From Octopus vulgaris (lineage: Eukaryota): a DNA stretch of 64,000 bases. The notes beneath the pieces are model-generated. The model was not told where the DNA came from and did no database searches. It was given only the letters and a program-made list of their open reading frames with translations. Made by a program: the position numbers and the translations under genes. Below, piece by piece: positions 26,275 through 40,108 of the stretch. The stretch's first letter is position 1. Each line of letters starts with the position of its first letter. The DNA lies in the NCBI GenBank assembly GCA_951406725.2, contig OX597838.1:4464001-4528000 (forward strand). Reading direction: 5' to 3'.

Positions 26275-29200
26275 AGAGAGAAACAGATACAAAGAGAGAG
26301 GGAGATGTATCAAACATGCATGCGTGCAGTCACACACATGCAGACCGGAGCAAATGTTGCAAGCTGTGCATAGCGAATGGGCGAGGATATTGAAGAAACC
26401 CCCAAGAAGAAGAAGAAGAAGAAGAAGAAGAAGAAGAAGAAGAAGAAGAAGAAGAAGAAGAAGAAGAAGAAGGGACTCCTTCATAGAGTAACTGCTGCAT
26501 TTGTTGAGAATATAAACAATTTAGTTGCTTGTTTCTCTGGAGACTGTCAGAATGATGTGGGCGCCTCTGATGAGAGTCCAATAAGGTTCGAAAATCGAAT
26601 AAGGTTGTTCATTTTTTTTCAGTTTGCGGTGAAATGGCTAAAATTTTCCCTGTTTATAATTACACCAATGTTACATACATACACACATTACCCCTACCAC
26701 ACACACAAACACACAACTTATGTATGCACTTTATTCCCTTTTGTTCTTAAAACCATATTTCAAAACCTATTACTTCACAAAGAGATTTTCGTAATGTCTT
26801 TCTTAACAATAAACTTCCCGGTCCACCCTATATATGTTACGCTGTCTTAACCGACTTTTTAACGTTGTTTCGTATCTTTTGATGTAAGACAGAAATGTAC
26901 TGAAAGAAGATTGAGACAAAAACAATTCTCACCACCGTTGTTGTTGTTGTTGTTGTTGTTGTTTTGTTTGTCTAGATTGCAAAGCCACACTTCCCCCCCC
27001 CCACCGCCACCCATCCACCCCTACGACTATTTCTTTTCACCTTTCACGTCATTCTTCTCTGTCATCTACCATTAAGTAATTAAGAAGGCTTGCATAATAT
27101 GCCTTTTGCACGGACGCACACGGCAAAACATAATGTGTTTCTATTTATTTAGGCGCAGGCGTGGCTGTGTGGTAAGAAGCCGTTAATGTTCTGGGTTCAA
27201 ATTCCGCCGAGGTCGACTTTGCCTTTCATCCTTTCGGGGCCGATAAATTAAGTACCAATTTCTTTATTACCCACAAGGGGCTAAACACAGAGGGGACAAA
27301 CAAGGAGAGACATAGGTATTAAGTTGATTACATCGACCCCAGTGCGTAACTGGTACTTAATTTATCGACCCCGAAAGGATGAAAGGCAAAGTCGACCTCG
27401 GCGGAATTTGAACTCACAACGTAACGCAGACGAAATACCGCTAAGCATTTCGTCCGGCGTGCTACCGTTTCTGCCAGCTCGCCGATAAATTAAGTACCAG
27501 TTACGCACTGGAGTCGATGTAAACGACTTTATCCCTTTTTCAAATTTTTCAGACTAGAATCTACAGTCAACAAGAGAATTCCACAGAAGCTGCCTGATCG
27601 TGGTATCAGACGAGGAATGCAGGCCGCCATATAATTTGTTTGACATGGCGTTTGACATGCGCATTGCGTTTTTATTCTTCTCTTCCGTTTTACGAATTCA
27701 GTGTGCCCATATGCATTACGTGTTCAAACTTCTCTTTCTGGTTCCAATTCAAAACTGTTCACAGATTATAACCATCTCACGAACCTCCGATGGTTGTGAA
27801 AAAAAGGTAGGTCTACTCATAGACGAAGACAACTTTGGAAGACGAAAAAATTCCATGTGAAATGTTGTAGAATTTGAAAAGATAGCGACGCTGTTTGAAT
27901 GTTTTCGCTCCATATTTATCCCGTGTATTAAGTCAGCTTGTATGCCAAAAAATACGGTAAACGCTACTTTTTTCTCTTGGGATCCAACTTGTAATTATCT
28001 TCGCGCGTTGTGTATAGAAAGAATGGTTCAGCGTAAATTAGTAATGTGATCCTTAAAGATCAGCCAAATGGCTTTGATGTCTGAAGAGATATTTGCGTAA
28101 AAAAGAAAAAAAAAGAAAAAAAAACGGTGGAAAAGTCACGGGTTAAGTGTAATTATTATAATTGTTGTAATTGTTCTCTAGTTTACTGTCTGCAGATCAC
28201 TATTGCCAAAATGTTTGTCAGTTTGGTTAGGTTTTGGTTTGCAAACGTAAGATTACGATATTCCATAGCTTTTGTCTGAGAGTAAAAATATAATCCCTAA
28301 AAGTTAAACTGTGTGACTAATGCGGTGCTGTTGTGGGTTGTTATATATTCCTCATAATTCTTTCTGCCGAAGAGTGTAGGCTCGAAACGTAAATGACATT
28401 TCCATTTCCCCCGAACGTTAAACTAATACACCAGCTTGTTCCTTCACCTGTTTCCTGTAAATTTGTACTATATACGTTTTGAATACTCATGTAAACTTTC
28501 CTATTTTATTAAACCGGCTACAGCCTGATGATACCAACGTTCAAATGGCTGAGTACTCCACAGACACGTGTACCCTTAACGTAGTTCTCTGGAAGATTCA
28601 GCATGACACAGAGTGTGACAAGGCTGGCCCTTTGAAATACAGGTACAACAGAAACAGGAAGGAAGAGTGAGAGAAAGTAGTGGTGAAAGAGTACAGCAGG
28701 GTTCACCACCAGCCCCTGCCGGAGCCTCGTAGAACTTTAGGTGTTTAGAACAGAAGGTGGCGAGCTGGCAGAATCATTAGCATACCGGGCGAAATGCTTA
28801 GCGACATTTCTTCTGTCTTTACGTTCTGAGTTCAAATTCCGCCGTCATCCTTTTGGGGTTGATAAATTAAGTACTTAATCCGTTTGTCTGTCCTTGTTTG
28901 TCCCCTGTGTGTGTAGCCCCTTGTGGGCAGTAAAGAAATATGAACTTCGCTCAATAAACACTCACAATGCCCGATCTGGGAATCGAAATCGCGATCCCGC
29001 GACTGCGAGTCCTCTGTCCTAACCACTGTGCCATTGCGCCTCCACATGTAAGAATATATACATAGGCTTACATACACACACATACACAAATAATGTCTAA
29101 AACACAAGTGAGTAATAAAAATGATCCTACATGGTTTTGCGTACATGTATGTATATGTGTATACGTGTATGCGTGTATGTGTGTGTGTTTGTGCGTATGC

Positions 29201-30184
29201 GTGATTGTGTGCGATTATTATTTTTTTTGTACTCGTATAAACTGCGAATGTTAATTTGTCCTCAAAACTGACCGCTCCTCACTTTCTCTCCCCCACCACG
29301 TGAGGCCACGTGTATAAGTGTGTGTGTGTGTGTGTGAGCGTGTATATGTTTGCACATATGTTCGTATGAGTGTGTGTGTATGTATGTATGTATGTATGTA
29401 TGTATGTATGTATGTATGTATGTATGTGTGTGTGTGTGTGTGTACGTGTGTATGTTCGCATGTGTATGTATGTATGTATGTGTGTGTGCGTATGTCTGTG
29501 TGTGTGTATGAGTGTGTTTGTGAATGTGTGTGTATGTATGTTTGCACATCAGTTCGCATGTGTGTATGTATCTATGTGTGTGTGTGTGCGCATGTATGTG
29601 TACGTTTGCATATATGTTCGCATGCGTGTGTGTGTGTGTGTGTGTGTGTGTAACAAATCTTTTGTTGACTCAATATTGGCTTTGAGAGAACATTCCTCGA
29701 CTGAAGTGATTTGAACCTGAGTCCGCCAGGAAATACCTATCGCCTGAACAGCCGGCAACAACCAACCACAGGATGATCACAATGGGAACGTCTCTGAACA
29801 ACGGCTTGCTCAACATCCGGTTCGACACTGAGCAAAATTACAACAATAACAGCAACAGCAGCAACAACAACAGTGGAGGCGCAATAGCCCAGTGGTTAGG
29901 GCAGCGGACTCGCGGTGGTAAGAACGCGGTTTCGATTCCCAGACCGGGCACTGTGAGTGTTTATTGAGCAAAAACACCTAAGCTCTATTGATTTTTTAAT
30001 GGCTTTGCGGGGTGACTGGGGAAATGTAAAGATGTGCACGAGCACACTTGGACGGTTTTGAATGACCATAGAAAGTGCGAGCCCTCTAACTGAAAAATTG
30101 TTGATTTGTATAAAGGACACACACACAGACATTTTGCCGTTTATATATATAGAGATGTTCATTTCAAGAAGTTACTGTACATTG

Positions 30185-30680
30185 TTAATATTTCGTGTGA
30201 CTTTCTTTAGCTTAAATAATTGCTTCAATGCACCTGGGAAGAGATGCGTACAAATCGTTCACCATCCTCACAGGTATGAGATGCCATTCTCTGTGGTTGA
30301 GCTCCCGCAACTCTTCAAGATTGCGTGCATTCTTCTGACGAACTCTTCTCTTTAGTTCTGTCCACATTTGCTCGATGGTATTTAAGTCAGGGCTCTAAGT
30401 TGGCCAAACTTTCAATACAGTAACCCCTTCATCAGCCAGACTCCGTTGTGTTGCACGCGATCTGTGGCGTGGAGCTCCGTCATGCTGGAAAATCTCACCT
30501 TCATCCAAGTCTGGTATCAAATTGTCCTTCGGCAACTGGATGTATTTGGCAGTATTCAAGTTCTCGTGAATTTTAACCAACTTTCTTGAACCATCACCTT
30601 TTATGTATCCCCAAAGCATCAGACTCTTACCCCCAAACTTCACTGTTTTCGTCGTGTAACGGGGGTCGTTTCCCTTTCTA
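30185..30680 (-). mobile_element. Tc1/mariner transposase remnant (pseudogene)
   Basis: TVKFGGKSLMLWG...FQHDGAPRH...WPT*SPDLNTIEQMW...HTKY*; DDE-domain motifs with in-frame stops. Confidence 0.88.
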
Positions 30681-30926
30681 GTAAGCGAGATTTTGTCAGA
30701 AGGCCCCCAGGAAAGCGAAATGACTCCAACGGGGCCAATCTTTCATCTGTAAAAAGAACGCAATGCGAAATATCCACTTATAAGTTGGTAATTAGTAGAA
30801 ATTTACAATAGTTTAAAATAACCGAAGACTTTTGCACGATATACATATACATAGTATGTGACCTCGTCTGTATCACTAGCAATTTTTTTTCCTGTCTTCC
30901 CTTCTCGGGACCTTTCCTTCACCTAT

Positions 30927-30961
30927 GTTTCCGACGAAGAGCTCCGCTCGAAACGTCAAAC
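30927..30961 (+). ncRNA. minimal hammerhead-like motif (variant core CCGACGAA)
   Basis: GTTT-CCGACGAA-GAGC(TCC)GCTC-GAAA-CGTC-AAAC: stems I and II pair, palindromic ACGT stem III, GUC site; U4->C deviation from the consensus core. Confidence 0.5.
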
Positions 30962-31284
30962 CCTCCTTCTTCCCTTGTTTCCTGACCGTCCAATAATACT
31001 TTATTTGTTCCACGTCCTTGCGTTGTTGTCTTTTTGTTTTCTTGTTTGGATTAACTATATATATATATGTATACATGCACGCGCGTGCAGCTCTATTTTA
31101 CAACGAAAAGTTGAGACTAACTTCGAAATCACAATCAACATATTCCGTGGAAAAATAAATTTGTTCTACCGAAAAATATTGAGAAATCCTACAATTTAAT
31201 CCTTTATATATATAATTTTACATAAATAATAAATAAAAATGAGTAAATTAGTATCGTTCACACAGACACACAGATTATATATAC

Positions 31285-31343
<59 letters not shown>

Positions 31344-31360
31344 TATATATATATATATAT

Positions 31361-31438
<78 letters not shown>

Positions 31439-31479
31439 GTATGTATGTATGTATGTATGTATGTATGTATGTATGTATG

Positions 31480-31510
<31 letters not shown>

Positions 31511-31978
31511 TGAGTGTTTGCGTGAGGTCACCGCTGGTAACACGAAACGCTGAAACTGTTTGCCGCAAGGTCGACACATCGGTGAGTAAACAAACACGAA
31601 ACCACAGCAATCCCTTTTAGTGAGGACGGATTTTGGTGACTGGACGCCCCGGGGGATGAAAACCAAGACGTGATCTGAGTACGGATGGACTCAGTAGGAG
31701 CCAACGACTAATTAACACCGTGCGTGCATACATGCATACATGCATACATAGATACTCTTTTACTTGTTTCAGTCATTTGACTGTGGCCATGCTGGAGCAC
31801 CGCCTTTAGTCGAGCAAATCGCCCCCCCACCCCCCCCAGGACTTATTCTTTGTAAGCCTAGTACTTATTTTATCGGTCACTTTTTTTGCCGAACCGCTAA
31901 GTTACGGGGACGTAAACACACCAGCATCGGTTGTCAAGCGATGTTGGGGGGACAAACACAGACACACAAACATATACT

Positions 31979-32020
<42 letters not shown>

Positions 32021-32514
32021 CATATATACGACGGGCTTCTTTCAGTTTCCGTCTACCAAATTCACTCACAAGGCTTTGGTCGGCCCGAGGCTATAGTAGA
32101 AGACACTTGCCCAAGGTGCCACGCAGTGGGACTGAACCCGGAACCATGTGGTTCGTAAGCAAGCTACTCACCACACAGCCATTCCTAGGCCTAATACATA
32201 CATACATACATACATACATAGATACATACATACATACATACATACATATATGCATACACATACACATGTTTTGTTTCTATTTCTTATGTCATTCATCGAA
32301 CTACGACCATGCTGCAGCACCATCTTAAAAAATTTCAGTTGAACTTGTTTTTGTACTTATTTTAAAAAACCTGGGACTTCTACCACATGTGGTTGTGATG
32401 CATGCACCCGGTGTATCCTCATCAGACGGGTAGTCATGATGGGTATACTGAGCTTCGTATATTTGTACCTCAGTGTCAACTTGATGGCATGCGCTACTCT
32501 CTCCCTCAATAATG

Positions 32515-32594
<80 letters not shown>

Positions 32595-32809
32595 TCGATG
32601 TAAACTCAAGTTTTAAAACAAACATAATTTTCGTATGGTTTTTTAGACATTCACTAGTACAACACTAAGTACAAAACCAAATATATGGCACCCTAGTCAT
32701 AACACCAACACGAACTTCCAACTTGTCTCTTGAGGTCTCTGGGTGAGACTTGGAGCCAGCTTGTGCAAATGTAAAGCAAAAGTCAAATATAGAATAATAA
32801 TAATAATAA

Positions 32810-33675
32810 TATTAAAATCAGAGACCGAAAGGTTTATCATAGCAACCCAAGATCAATACCTACTAACAAGGACCTACCAGGCCAACATATTAAAGAACGA
32901 CAGTAGACCAACATGTCGTGTATGTAAACAACAAAATGAAACCATCGATCATGTTGTCTCCAGGTTCAGTTTTCGTGAGTCTACAGAGTATCTCAACAGG
33001 CATAATAGACCAGCACAGTATATTCACTAGGTAATTTGCAAAAACTTTGACCTGCCCCATGATAAAAACTCGTGGGAACACAAACCACCTCCAGTGCTTG
33101 AAAATGATCGCATCTCACTCCTCTGGAACTTCACCATTCAAACTGACAGAAAGTTAGATGCGAATAGGATAGACATTATATTGAAGGACTTCAGACAAAA
33201 ACCATGCCTCGTCATTGATATGATTGTCCCAATCGACATAAATGTATCTGTCAAGACTTACCAAAAACTGGGCGAGTATAAAGATCTTGAAATAGAAATT
33301 GGCAAAATGTGGAACCCAAGACTAAAACGATACCTGTTGTCATAGGTGTTCTAGGAATGATAGCAAAAGGGGTTGCTTCTTACCTAGCTCAGGTACTAGG
33401 AAATCCATAAATGAATGAAATTTAAAAAATGCTGCTCATGGGAACTGCCCATATCTTACGTTAAATACTGTCTATGTAATCTCAAATTTAAAAACAAACT
33501 TATAATTTTCTTATGTTTTCTTAAACATTCTCGAGAACAACACTTTGTGCAAAACCAAAAGCCAAATATATGACACCCTAGGCATAACACCAGCATGAAT
33601 TTCTAACTTGTCTCTTGAGGTCTTTGGGTGAGACTTGGTGTCAACTTGTACATATAAAAAGCAAAAGTCAAACAT

Positions 33676-33680
<5 letters not shown>
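32810..33680 (+). mobile_element. 5'-truncated R4/Dong-like (RLE-type) non-LTR retrotransposon in (TAA)n
   Basis: ETERFIIATQDQ...CRVCKQQNETIDHVVS (decayed CCHC knuckle)...RHN...WNFTIQTDRKLDANRIDI...VIDMIVP...YKDLEIEI, an RLE domain with stops. (TAA)n lies on both sides; further 3' UTR copies at 32598-32790 (+) and 37500-37658 (-). Confidence 0.85.
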
Positions 33681-33710
<30 letters not shown>

Positions 33711-33918
33711 TATGATGATGATAAAATGCGCCTCTCCTATTAGGAGTTTTAAATTGCTTAATTTTAATCGTTATTATATTGCTTACACGTTGTAAATCCC
33801 ATTGTATCGTCCTGTTTTTTTTTGTCTTTTATGTTGTTGTATGTGTTTTAATGTAATTTTATTTAAGCCCTTGTGGCCAATAAACGAATTATTATTATTG
33901 TCATCATCATCATCATCA

Positions 33919-33974
<56 letters not shown>

Positions 33975-34504
33975 AATAATAATAATAATAATGATGGTGA
34001 TGATGATGATGATGATAAGAAGAAGAAGATGAAGAAGAAGAAGAACAACAACAGCAACAGTAACAACAATAATACAAGTAATTAGAACGCTAGGTATGAT
34101 TAACAAGATACGGGGAGAAAAAAGTATAGAAGCTATAAGGGGGGAGTCCCCATACTACACGCACTGCCCCATCCTTTCAAAAAAGCTCTGCTAGGGAACT
34201 GTTCACGTTTTCCGTAAGACTCTATCCATTCACTAGAATAACTCAGGTGCGACAATCTTCACACAGAACACACACTCTATGCTCAGGTTCTGAGTTCAAA
34301 TTCTGCCGAGGCCGACTTTGCCTTTAATCTTTTCGGGATCGATAAAGTAAGAACCGGTTGATCACTGCGGTCGATGTAATCGACTCACGCCCTCCTCCAC
34401 CCCGCCGAAATTGCTGGTCTTGTGTCACAATTGGAAATCAATATAACAAGAAATAAAAAAAACTGGAATTTATAACAAAACGAACTGGTACAGTCCGTGC
34501 CTCC

Positions 34505-35020
34505 TTAGAGCACATTGGGCAGATACCCAGGGGCCTCACAGGTCTGAAGACCCAATTCTGATCTATGTATGCTGTGGTTTGCTGTCAATAAATAAATACT
34601 ATAAGGTTCAGCGCATTGATTTGCCCGGGGGCCCTCACGGGTCCAGCGGGCCATTATCGATCTATATATACTGTGTTTTGCTCTGAAATAAATAAACACA
34701 TTAGAGCTCAGCGCATTGATTTGCCTTGGGGCCTCGTGAGCCTAAGGACCCAATTTTAATCTGTATATGATGTGGTTTGATGTCAAATAAATACTTTAGG
34801 GCTCAGCGCATTGAGTTTCCCGAGGGCTTCCCTGGTCTATGGCCTCAATTCTGAACTATCTATGATGTTGCTCGCTGTCAATAAATGAATGTTAGAGGGC
34901 TGAGTACACTGATATTACTCGGGGTCTCATGGGATTAGGGGCTCAATTTCCAACTGTATACGATGTGGTTTGCTGTCACTAAATAACTGTTACAGGGCCC
35001 AGACACTGAGTTGCCCGGGG
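34505..35020. repeat. degenerate ~95-bp tandem repeat, ~5 units
   Basis: Recurrent GGGCCTCA..GGTC..CCCAATT..TGTGGTTTGCTGTCAATAAA..CTCAGCGCATTGA blocks. Confidence 0.75.
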
Positions 35021-35295
35021 TGGATGGTGACCTATAAAGCTGCTAAGGTGGCTCTGGGTGTAGTACATTAACAACGGGTGTCTGTATTTCTTAAATCCCT
35101 ATGAAAGAACCCCCAAGAACACAACAGTGCACATATCTCAGGAATACAGAGATGCACCAAATGTACAGCAGAAAATTGCATGAAAATACAGATTGCATAA
35201 GTAGGTACACACACACACACACACACACACATACACACATACACGCACACGCACACATATACAGAGATTAAAATATGCATATATGCTTTACTGAC

Positions 35296-35347
35296 CTGCA
35301 GTAACCAAAATTAAGGCCACGATAAAGAATATGCCTGCCGCTAACAT
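35296..35347 (-). CDS. S1A serine protease, exon 1 (signal peptide)
   Basis: ATG at 35347; MLAAGIFFIVALILVTA + G|GTCAGT, a phase-1 donor matching the phase-1 acceptor of exon 2; gives signal peptide, short propeptide and IVGG (268 aa in total). Confidence 0.75.
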
Positions 35348-35389
35348 AATTCGCTTTGCACAGGAAGGGAAAGAAAACCTTCGCTTCAG

Positions 35390-35395
35390 TTTATA
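35390..35395 (-). promoter_or_regulatory. candidate TATA box of the protease gene
   Basis: TATAAA 43-48 nt upstream of the ATG; a second TATATAG lies at ~35475-35481. Confidence 0.35.
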
Positions 35396-35546
35396 AACAG
35401 ATTCTCTGCAGTGCTCATGGCCGCTGGAGTGATTTACAATGGTTTTATAGCTGTTTAAACACACTCACCGTGGCCTATATACACACGTTATTAGCACAGT
35501 TTGGTTATATTACGTCATTAAGAACAAAAGAAAATTACATTTTTTT

Positions 35547-35581
<35 letters not shown>

Positions 35582-35734
35582 AATCACCATCATCATCATC
35601 ATCATCATCGTCATCATTGTCGAGAAGGGCAATGCACTTTTCCTCTCTGACGGCTATGGCGAAAGAGGTTGTTTCATGGACATGACTGAAGAGAAAGAAA
35701 GGAAGGAAGAAAGAAAGAGAGAAAGAAAGAATGA

Positions 35735-35790
<56 letters not shown>

Positions 35791-35959
35791 AACAAGGCTG
35801 AAGACTTAGCCTTTACTCAGTCAAGCCTTCATCGACATTTTTTTTTTTTTTCAAGTTCCACTTGGGAAAGAAAAGTGAGGTTGGAGAGTGGGGGGAAGTA
35901 CTGCGCCCCGCCCCCGCGCCTTTCGCCACCCCGACTATTTTTGATAAAAGGTGGGTGAA

Positions 35960-36450
35960 TATGCGTGACGAGGTTGGCCCTTGGCCCATGTACGTGATCC
36001 TACTCCGAGCATGCGACTGCAGGGCCGGATGGGAATGAAGAGGAGTGGGGCGCCCCCTGCGATACAGATACCCCGGGCAGAGGTGGCTAACGCCGTATAT
36101 CGCGTCCGTCGTCTACTGTCGCTTGACCGTCGGGCCTTGTCCTGGGCACTGTCTGATTTCGCTGCAGCATATATTCTTCCGCTTCTTATGGAAGCGACGT
36201 GTCCTGATGGTCAGGCAGTCTATCTGCTGTCAGCACCCGCTGCGTAGGGGTGGTTTGGGCATGCCCCGTGGTTGATGATGCGCAGACATTCGCTGAGGCC
36301 ACATCTCCAGTGTTTCCTTGACGGTGAGCAGACACGTATTTCCGCGGCTAGTTTCTTTAACGGAGTTGCAGTCCCGGGTAAAACAGAGACCGAGGGGAAG
36401 TATTTGGAAAGTGAAATGTCTTCAAGCGCTCACAGCCCTCAGCCAATCGG
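35960..36450 (+). mobile_element. L1/Tx1-like LINE ORF2 remnant
   Basis: FFRFLWKRRVLMVRQSICCQHPLRRGGLGMP resembles the post-RT 'F.W...GGLG.P' motif; frameshifted. Confidence 0.65.
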
Positions 36451-36605
36451 ACAGAGCACAACTGTTACTTAATTTATTGAACCTCGAAAGGATGAAAGAC
36501 AAAGTCGGCCACGGCGGAATTTGAACTCAGAAAGTAAAGACAGATGAAATACAGCTAAGCATTTCGCCCGGTGTGCTAACGGTTCTGCCAGCTCACCGCC
36601 TTAAA

Positions 36606-36642
<37 letters not shown>

Positions 36643-37230
36643 TACTTCAGTCTTAGCGGACAAGATATCTCAAGAACCGCTGGAAGGATTCGGATGAAAC
36701 TTTCAGGGATGTTTGGCCTCGTAACTGACACGAACTGAATAGATTTTGGGATCGATCCGGTACCGGACAAGGATTCTGGATTATTTTTCTGGTTTTTTTT
36801 CTTTTACTTAATTATTGAGAGCTGTTGGGTTCATTTTTAGTATTCTCGTTTGTGAGATCAGTCGAGTTTATTTCAGATATTCTCCTTTTAAAAATCATTT
36901 CTGGCTAATCGTTGAGAGGACGTTGGTGTTGCCTTGGCGGAAGTTTGCGTTCTCTGAGTGCTCTTGCTATTATTATTATTATTATTATTATTACAAACGC
37001 GGCGAGCTGGTAGAATCGATAGCGCGTCAGGCCGAATGCTTAGCGGCACTTTTCTCCGTCTCATTACGTTCGGAGTTCAAATGCGGCCAAGGGTAACTAC
37101 GCCTTTTTATCCTTTCGGGATCAACAAAGCAAAGACTAGTTGAACACTGATATCGATATAAACAATTTCTCCCGCCCTTCAAAATAAACTGCGCTGACCT
37201 TGTGCCAGAATTGAGAAAGAATTATTTGAC

Positions 37231-37277
<47 letters not shown>

Positions 37278-37734
37278 AACGAAACGAAACGAAAGACAGA
37301 AAGTAAGGAGGGAAAGAAGGGAATGGGTTTCAACGAAGAATATGAGATGTCAGAAACTTCTCCCGACGGCATTAAACCATTCGTTAGAATTTCTCGAAGC
37401 TCACGAACGACGTCAACATTAGAAAGATTAAGTAAAACCATATTTATTTATAGGTTGCAGGTTAAATGTTATAAATCACGAGATTATTATTAGTATTCTA
37501 TGTTTGACTTTTGCTTTACATTTGTACAAGTTGGCTCCAAGTCTCACCCAGAGACCTCGAAAGACAACAAGTTGGAAGTTCATGTTGGTGTTATGCCTAG
37601 GGTGCCATATATTTGGCTTTGTACTTAGTGTTGTACTAGGGAATGCCTAAAAAACCATTATTATTATTATTGTTATTACTTTTATTATTATTATTATATT
37701 ATTATTATTATTATTATTACTTTTATTATTATTA

Positions 37735-37768
<34 letters not shown>

Positions 37769-37949
37769 TAGGCGGCGAGCTGGCAGAATGGTTAGCATGC
37801 TGGACGAAATGCTTAGCAGTGCTTTGGGCCGTCGCCACGTTTTAAGTTCAAATTCCGCCGGGGTCGACTTTGCCTTTCATCCTTTCGGGGTCGACTTTGC
37901 CTTTCATCCTTTCGGGGTCGATAAATTAAGTACCAGTTAAACACTGGAG

Positions 37950-38568
37950 GCGATGTTCGCCCAAATTACAGCTACAACAAACACCAGCTCTAATTTACTC
38001 ACATTTTCATATCACTAACTACTAAATCAAAAGAAATTCAATTTATTGCATCTTTAGCGACCTCAGATATTGCTTATGAGAAATGTGGCGATTTTTTAAA
38101 AAGTGGATAAAACTGGGGTGGAGGGGCTGAGATTCTAACTGGGGATACTGAGCACCCCATAGCCCCCAGCCCGTCGCTACGTGCCTGGTACACACTCTTC
38201 CACGACATTTAAGCGTCTTCCACCCTGCTCTCTCTTCAAATACAACCGGTTGATATCAGCTTTCGGATGGTGGGCTCCATACAATGACAACAGCATTCTA
38301 GTTTTTCTGTTAAATTCTATATATGTTGTTTTTAATCTAATCATATCTGATTACGGCTTCTGTTCTCGTATTTATTGCTTCAATAACAATTTTTTTTTGC
38401 ATTCGGCTTTGACTGCAATAATGCTTTCACTCTACCAGTCATTTCTTTCATTTCATCATGTTTTATTTCGTCTGCTTCCACATTCTCCCAAATATTTATG
38501 CTACGGTCCTTTCTCAACCGCTCTCATTGTTTGCCCATTTGGCAAACAACGAAATTATTGTTATTGCA

Positions 38569-38604
<36 letters not shown>

Positions 38605-38764
38605 GGTGGCGAGCTTATAGAATCGTTTTCACGTCGGACGAAATATTTAGCACGTCACTACGTTCTGAGTTCAAATTCCGCCGAGGTCGACTTTGCCTTT
38701 CATCCTTTCGAGATCGATAAAGAAGTGAGTGGCAAAGCGGGAGAGAGGAGGACAGAGAGGAAGT

Positions 38765-38802
<38 letters not shown>

Positions 38803-39656
38803 TCGTGACGGCGTTTGTTTTGTTAAATGTCTATCACATCGCAAGAAAAGTAGATACATACATAGATCGAAAGAAAAGTAGATATATAGATACATAGACA
38901 CATCGTTAAATCAAAGACAACTACAGCAAATATTGGATGTCACTTTCACTTTTCATTACCACACGAGGATAAAATTAACGTGCAAGTGGCTGAGTACTCC
39001 ACAGTCATGCATAACATTAACGTAGTTCTCAGGGAGATTCAGCCTCACACAGAATATGACAAGGCTGGCCCCTTTGAATTACAGCTACAACTCATTTTGA
39101 CCATCTGAGTGGACTGGAACAAGATAAACCTTCAAGTGGTTGGAAGAAAACGAAAAAAGATCTTATATACGGGCAGGAAAATCATTTTAGTCGTTAGGGT
39201 CACTATGGGTGCTAATCCGGTCCTAACAGCGGCATTTGTGGGTCTCACAAATCTGGAGGCCAAGTCCCCAGATAAACATCGATGCTCAGGCTGTTATCAA
39301 ACTGAGCATGAGTCAAGGGCGAATGCATGATGGAATAGTAATTATTTCATTTTAGCTTCCTTTGCTTATACTAAACGCATGACATTTTTGCCTTACGGTA
39401 TGGAACATTATCTTTTCTTTCACTCTTTTTAAAAAAGCGATGTTCCCCCCAAATTACAGCTACAACAAACTCCAGCTCTAATTTACCCCCATTTTCATAT
39501 CACTAACTACTAAATCAAAAGAAATTCAATTTATTGCATCTTTAGCGACCTCAGATATTGCTTATGAGAAATGTGGCGATTTTTTAAAAAGTGGATAAAA
39601 CTGGGGTGGAGGGGCTGAGATTCTAACTGGGGATACTGAGCACCCCATAGCCCCCA
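37950..39656. repeat. ~220-bp near-identical direct repeat pair (37950-38168 and 39438-39656)
   Basis: CCCAAATTACAGCTACAACAAAC...GAGCACCCCATAGCCCCCA occurs twice, 1488 bp apart. Confidence 0.88.
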
Positions 39657-40076
39657 CCCCGTAGCTACACAAGTACTTCACTTGTCATTTATTCTATGAA
39701 CCCTAAAAATCAAAAGGCAAATTTCACTTGAGCCAGACGTGAACTCAGAATGTTAAGAGCTGAAAGAAATACTGTTGAAGGGTTCTATCCCGATCCCCAC
39801 CCCACAACAAAAAAAAAAGAAAATTAAAAAAAAACAAACAAACCCTTTCAAATTGTGAATCTTTATTTAGTTTTTAAAGTGAAGCATTTAGCATTTATAA
39901 AATAATTATTTTTATTATAAAATATTTTAGCAAAAAAAAAAAAAGAAAAGAAAGAAAAAAAAAAGCAAGGGACATTAAGTGAAACTTCTTTGTTTTTGCC
40001 TAAAAACACATTTTTCAAATAAGCTTGGTTAAGGAGTGGTTGTTTGTATGTTACAAAAGAGAATAACGGAAATAAC

Positions 40077-40108
<32 letters not shown>

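Noticed and set aside
27553-27640. Possible plus-strand terminal exon of a nested antisense gene
   Set aside because: Short, no recognisable homology, and no partner exons identified.
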